Shown here: one piece after another, positions 54,950 to 56,768 of the stretch | Layout: every line of letters starts with the position of its first letter | How positions within the stretch are numbered: position 1 is the stretch's first letter | Assembly (NCBI GenBank): GCA_945877545.1 | Contig: CAMCSO010000001.1 | Coordinates: 1-56,768, forward strand | Source: Bifidobacterium breve | GTDB lineage: Bacteria; Actinomycetota; Actinomycetes; S36-B12 | Direction of reading: 5' to 3' | Length of the DNA: 56,768 bases | Translations under genes and position numbers: made by a program | The notes under the pieces: generated by a model | Told to the model about the DNA's origin: nothing | What the model saw: only the letters and a program-made list of their open reading frames with translations | The model's database searches: none

Positions 54950-55615
54950 TCAGTCGGAAAAGGTACCGAATGTCGGACTGTTCGTGTTCGGGCTGACCTT
55001 CATGGTCGTGGTCACGACCGCCCCGAGGAGAGCTGCGACGCACACCCACGTCATCCACATGGCGACGAGTCGCACATGCGAGTGATTGTTCTGCGTAAAG
55101 AGGCCGACCCGGGTGCGGTTTATGATCGCAACGGTGAGAAAGAGCACGACCGACAGGTGAATCGCTGTGCCGATACCGAGCCAGAAGGTCGCGGATGCAT
55201 AGGCCCCATCGGTGATCGCAAAGGGGAAGGTCGACAGTTGAACAATTTGGCCAACGAATGTCACGAGCACGATGATCGACGACAGGGCCGAGGCGAGGAT
55301 TAACTGCGAGCGCCGCCCCTTTGCCATGCCGCGCACTCCCCACCACATGGTGGCTGCGGCAAGGACGATCCCGGCGACAATGAGCCAGAAGGGGAGGTCC
55401 GGCGCAAAAGAATCCTTTGGCGGCGCCCAGGCGCTGTTCACGTTGAGCGACCAGAGGTACACGTACGAGATGAGCAGTGCGACCGTTCCGGTTGCGTCCG
55501 AGACGATGCACATCCAGATGCCCATGCGGTTGCGGCGCGCCGTGGTCGTCACCGGTTCACCCGTCGTGGCTGACCGCGGAATCTCCTGCGAGGAAGCAGT
55601 CGTTGTTGTGCTCAT
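54950..55615 (-). CDS. Heme-copper oxidase subunit III family protein
   Basis: 221 aa, 5 TM helices. Its ATG shares 1 nt with the subunit I TGA. Size and hydrophobic pattern fit subunit III/CyoC-like proteins. Confidence 0.7.
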   Translation of the reverse strand: MSTTTTASSQEIPRSATTGEPVTTTARRNRMGIWMCIVSDATGTVALLISYVYLWSLNVNSAWAPPKDSFAPDLPFWLIVAGIVLAAATMWWGVRGMAKGRRSQLILASALSSIIVLVTFVGQIVQLSTFPFAITDGAYASATFWLGIGTAIHLSVVLFLTVAIINRTRVGLFTQNNHSHVRLVAMWMTWVCVAALLGAVVTTTMKVSPNTNSPTFGTFSD

Positions 55616-56768
55616 CAGGCACCCACCTTCACGTTCTCGTCCGTCATCTTCCGTTCGATCGCGTCGTACGGGTCAGGGACTCCATACCCGTAGGGGTCGC
55701 TCGTCACGACCGGCAAAACCGGGAAGTTGTCGAGTGGCACCGGAGTTTCTGTCTGCCACTCGAGGGTCTTGGATCCCCACGGGTTGGCCGGCGCGATGGT
55801 TCCGGTCCGCCACGAGGTGATGATGGCGTAGAGGAAGATGAGCATGCCTACACCGATCATGTAGGCGCCAATGGTCGAGACCCAATTGGAGATCTCGAAG
55901 GCGTTGTCGAACTGGAGCACCCGACGGGGTTGGCCCTGAAGCCCGGCAATGAACATCGAGCCGAAGGTCACCTGGAAGGCGAAGAAGGCGACCCAGAAGC
56001 CGATCGAACCGATGCGCTCATTGAGCATCTTGCCGGTCATCTTCGGGAACCAGTAGGCGATGGTACCGATGGCGCCGAAGAGGCCTACGCCCATGAGCAT
56101 GAAGTGGAAGTGAGCGACGACGAACATGCTGCCGTGCATGTACTGGTCCACCGGAACATCGGAGAGGTAGACCCCGGTGATCCCGCCAATAATGTTGCAC
56201 CAAAGCACCGCGTAGACAGTCATCATCGGCAGCCTGCCCCAGACCTTGCCCCGCCACATCGTTCCGAGCATGACGAGCACTAGGAAGCCGAACGGGATAG
56301 AAATCAACTCCGTCGACAGCATGAAGGGGTATCCAGCCGAGGGAGCCCAACCGGTCATGTACATGTGATGCACCCATACGACCGAGCTGAGGCCGACGAT
56401 TCCGGCAATTCCCGCCACCGCGACCTTGTAGGAGAACAGCGGCTTGCGTAGGAAGACCACCATGAGTTCGAGGAGCCCTGCCATTGCAGGCACAAGGATG
56501 ACGTAGACCTCTGGGTGGCCGAGTAACCAGAAAAGATTCTCGTACAGCCAGACGCTACCGCCCTCCTGCGGAATGAAGAATGACGAGCTGACCACCTTGT
56601 CGCTGAAGGCGAGCACCTGCGAGTACTGGAACATCGGAAACCAAACGAGGCCCATGATCGCAGCGCCGAGAATGCCGATGACAAAGATCGGGACACGATT
56701 CCATGTCATGCCTCGGGCTCGCATGGTGACGATCGTGGTGATGAGATTGACGCCTGCTATGCCGGTCG
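55615..56768 (-). CDS. ctaD: Heme-copper oxidase subunit I (5' end beyond window)
   Basis: The frame stays open to the window edge (TGIAGVNLITTIVTMRARGMTW). LFWLLGHPEVYVIL and VWVHHMY motifs, with His ligands and the cross-link Tyr present. Confidence 0.9.
   Translation of the reverse strand, partial: TGIAGVNLITTIVTMRARGMTWNRVPIFVIGILGAAIMGLVWFPMFQYSQVLAFSDKVVSSSFFIPQEGGSVWLYENLFWLLGHPEVYVILVPAMAGLLELMVVFLRKPLFSYKVAVAGIAGIVGLSSVVWVHHMYMTGWAPSAGYPFMLSTELISIPFGFLVLVMLGTMWRGKVWGRLPMMTVYAVLWCNIIGGITGVYLSDVPVDQYMHGSMFVVAHFHFMLMGVGLFGAIGTIAYWFPKMTGKMLNERIGSIGFWVAFFAFQVTFGSMFIAGLQGQPRRVLQFDNAFEISNWVSTIGAYMIGVGMLIFLYAIITSWRTGTIAPANPWGSKTLEWQTETPVPLDNFPVLPVVTSDPYGYGVPDPYDAIERKMTDENVKVGA

Overview
GC-rich actinobacterial core-chromosome segment. 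Gene content and order look Micrococcales-like, but the taxon cannot be fixed without a database search. There are about 46 densely packed protein-coding genes, many with 1-4 nt start/stop overlaps. I see no rRNA, tRNA, CRISPR array, transposase or integrase. From my memory of the M. tuberculosis H37Rv map, the backbone is collinear with Rv3197-Rv3262: ABC1 kinase, uvrD2, mycoredoxin, nudC, adnB/adnA, moeZ, WS/DGAT, Rv3235-like, secA, comF-like, lpqB-mtrB-mtrA, ahcY, manA, manB, DUF3499, whiB2-like, cofD(fbiA), fbiB. Lineage-specific genes are interleaved with this backbone: an acyltransferase-3; an 803-aa membrane protein with a flippase-like (LPG-synthase TM) domain; a CDGSH protein; a DUF559/AbiEi-like gene; a 1616-aa NAD-glutamate dehydrogenase; DUF2505; a patatin lipase; a SAF + CpaE-like pair; an excisionase-type HTH; a GNAT-LuxR fusion; a CPBP protease; a CDF transporter; a 1198-aa GT2 membrane glycosyltransferase with DUF5719; and a heme-copper oxidase I/III + CopD cluster. 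No clearly new multi-gene system can be demonstrated from sequence alone. The items most worth a second look are: (1) the DUF559 gene, bracketed by two related long perfect palindromes; (2) the five-gene block of unknown function downstream of secA, whose two divergent promoter regions each carry a perfect DnaA-box 9-mer; (3) a 14-bp tandem repeat in the secA leader that ends in the Shine-Dalgarno sequence; (4) a WS/DGAT with an HQALVDG active-site variant, overlapping a patatin lipase gene by 1 nt; (5) a GNAT-LuxR fusion in the slot where hpf normally sits; (6) an in-frame 18-bp x5 repeat in the tail of the giant glycosyltransferase; (7) the low-GC, palindrome-rich whiB/cofD intergenic region. 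All family assignments come from motif recognition in the supplied translations, not from searches.
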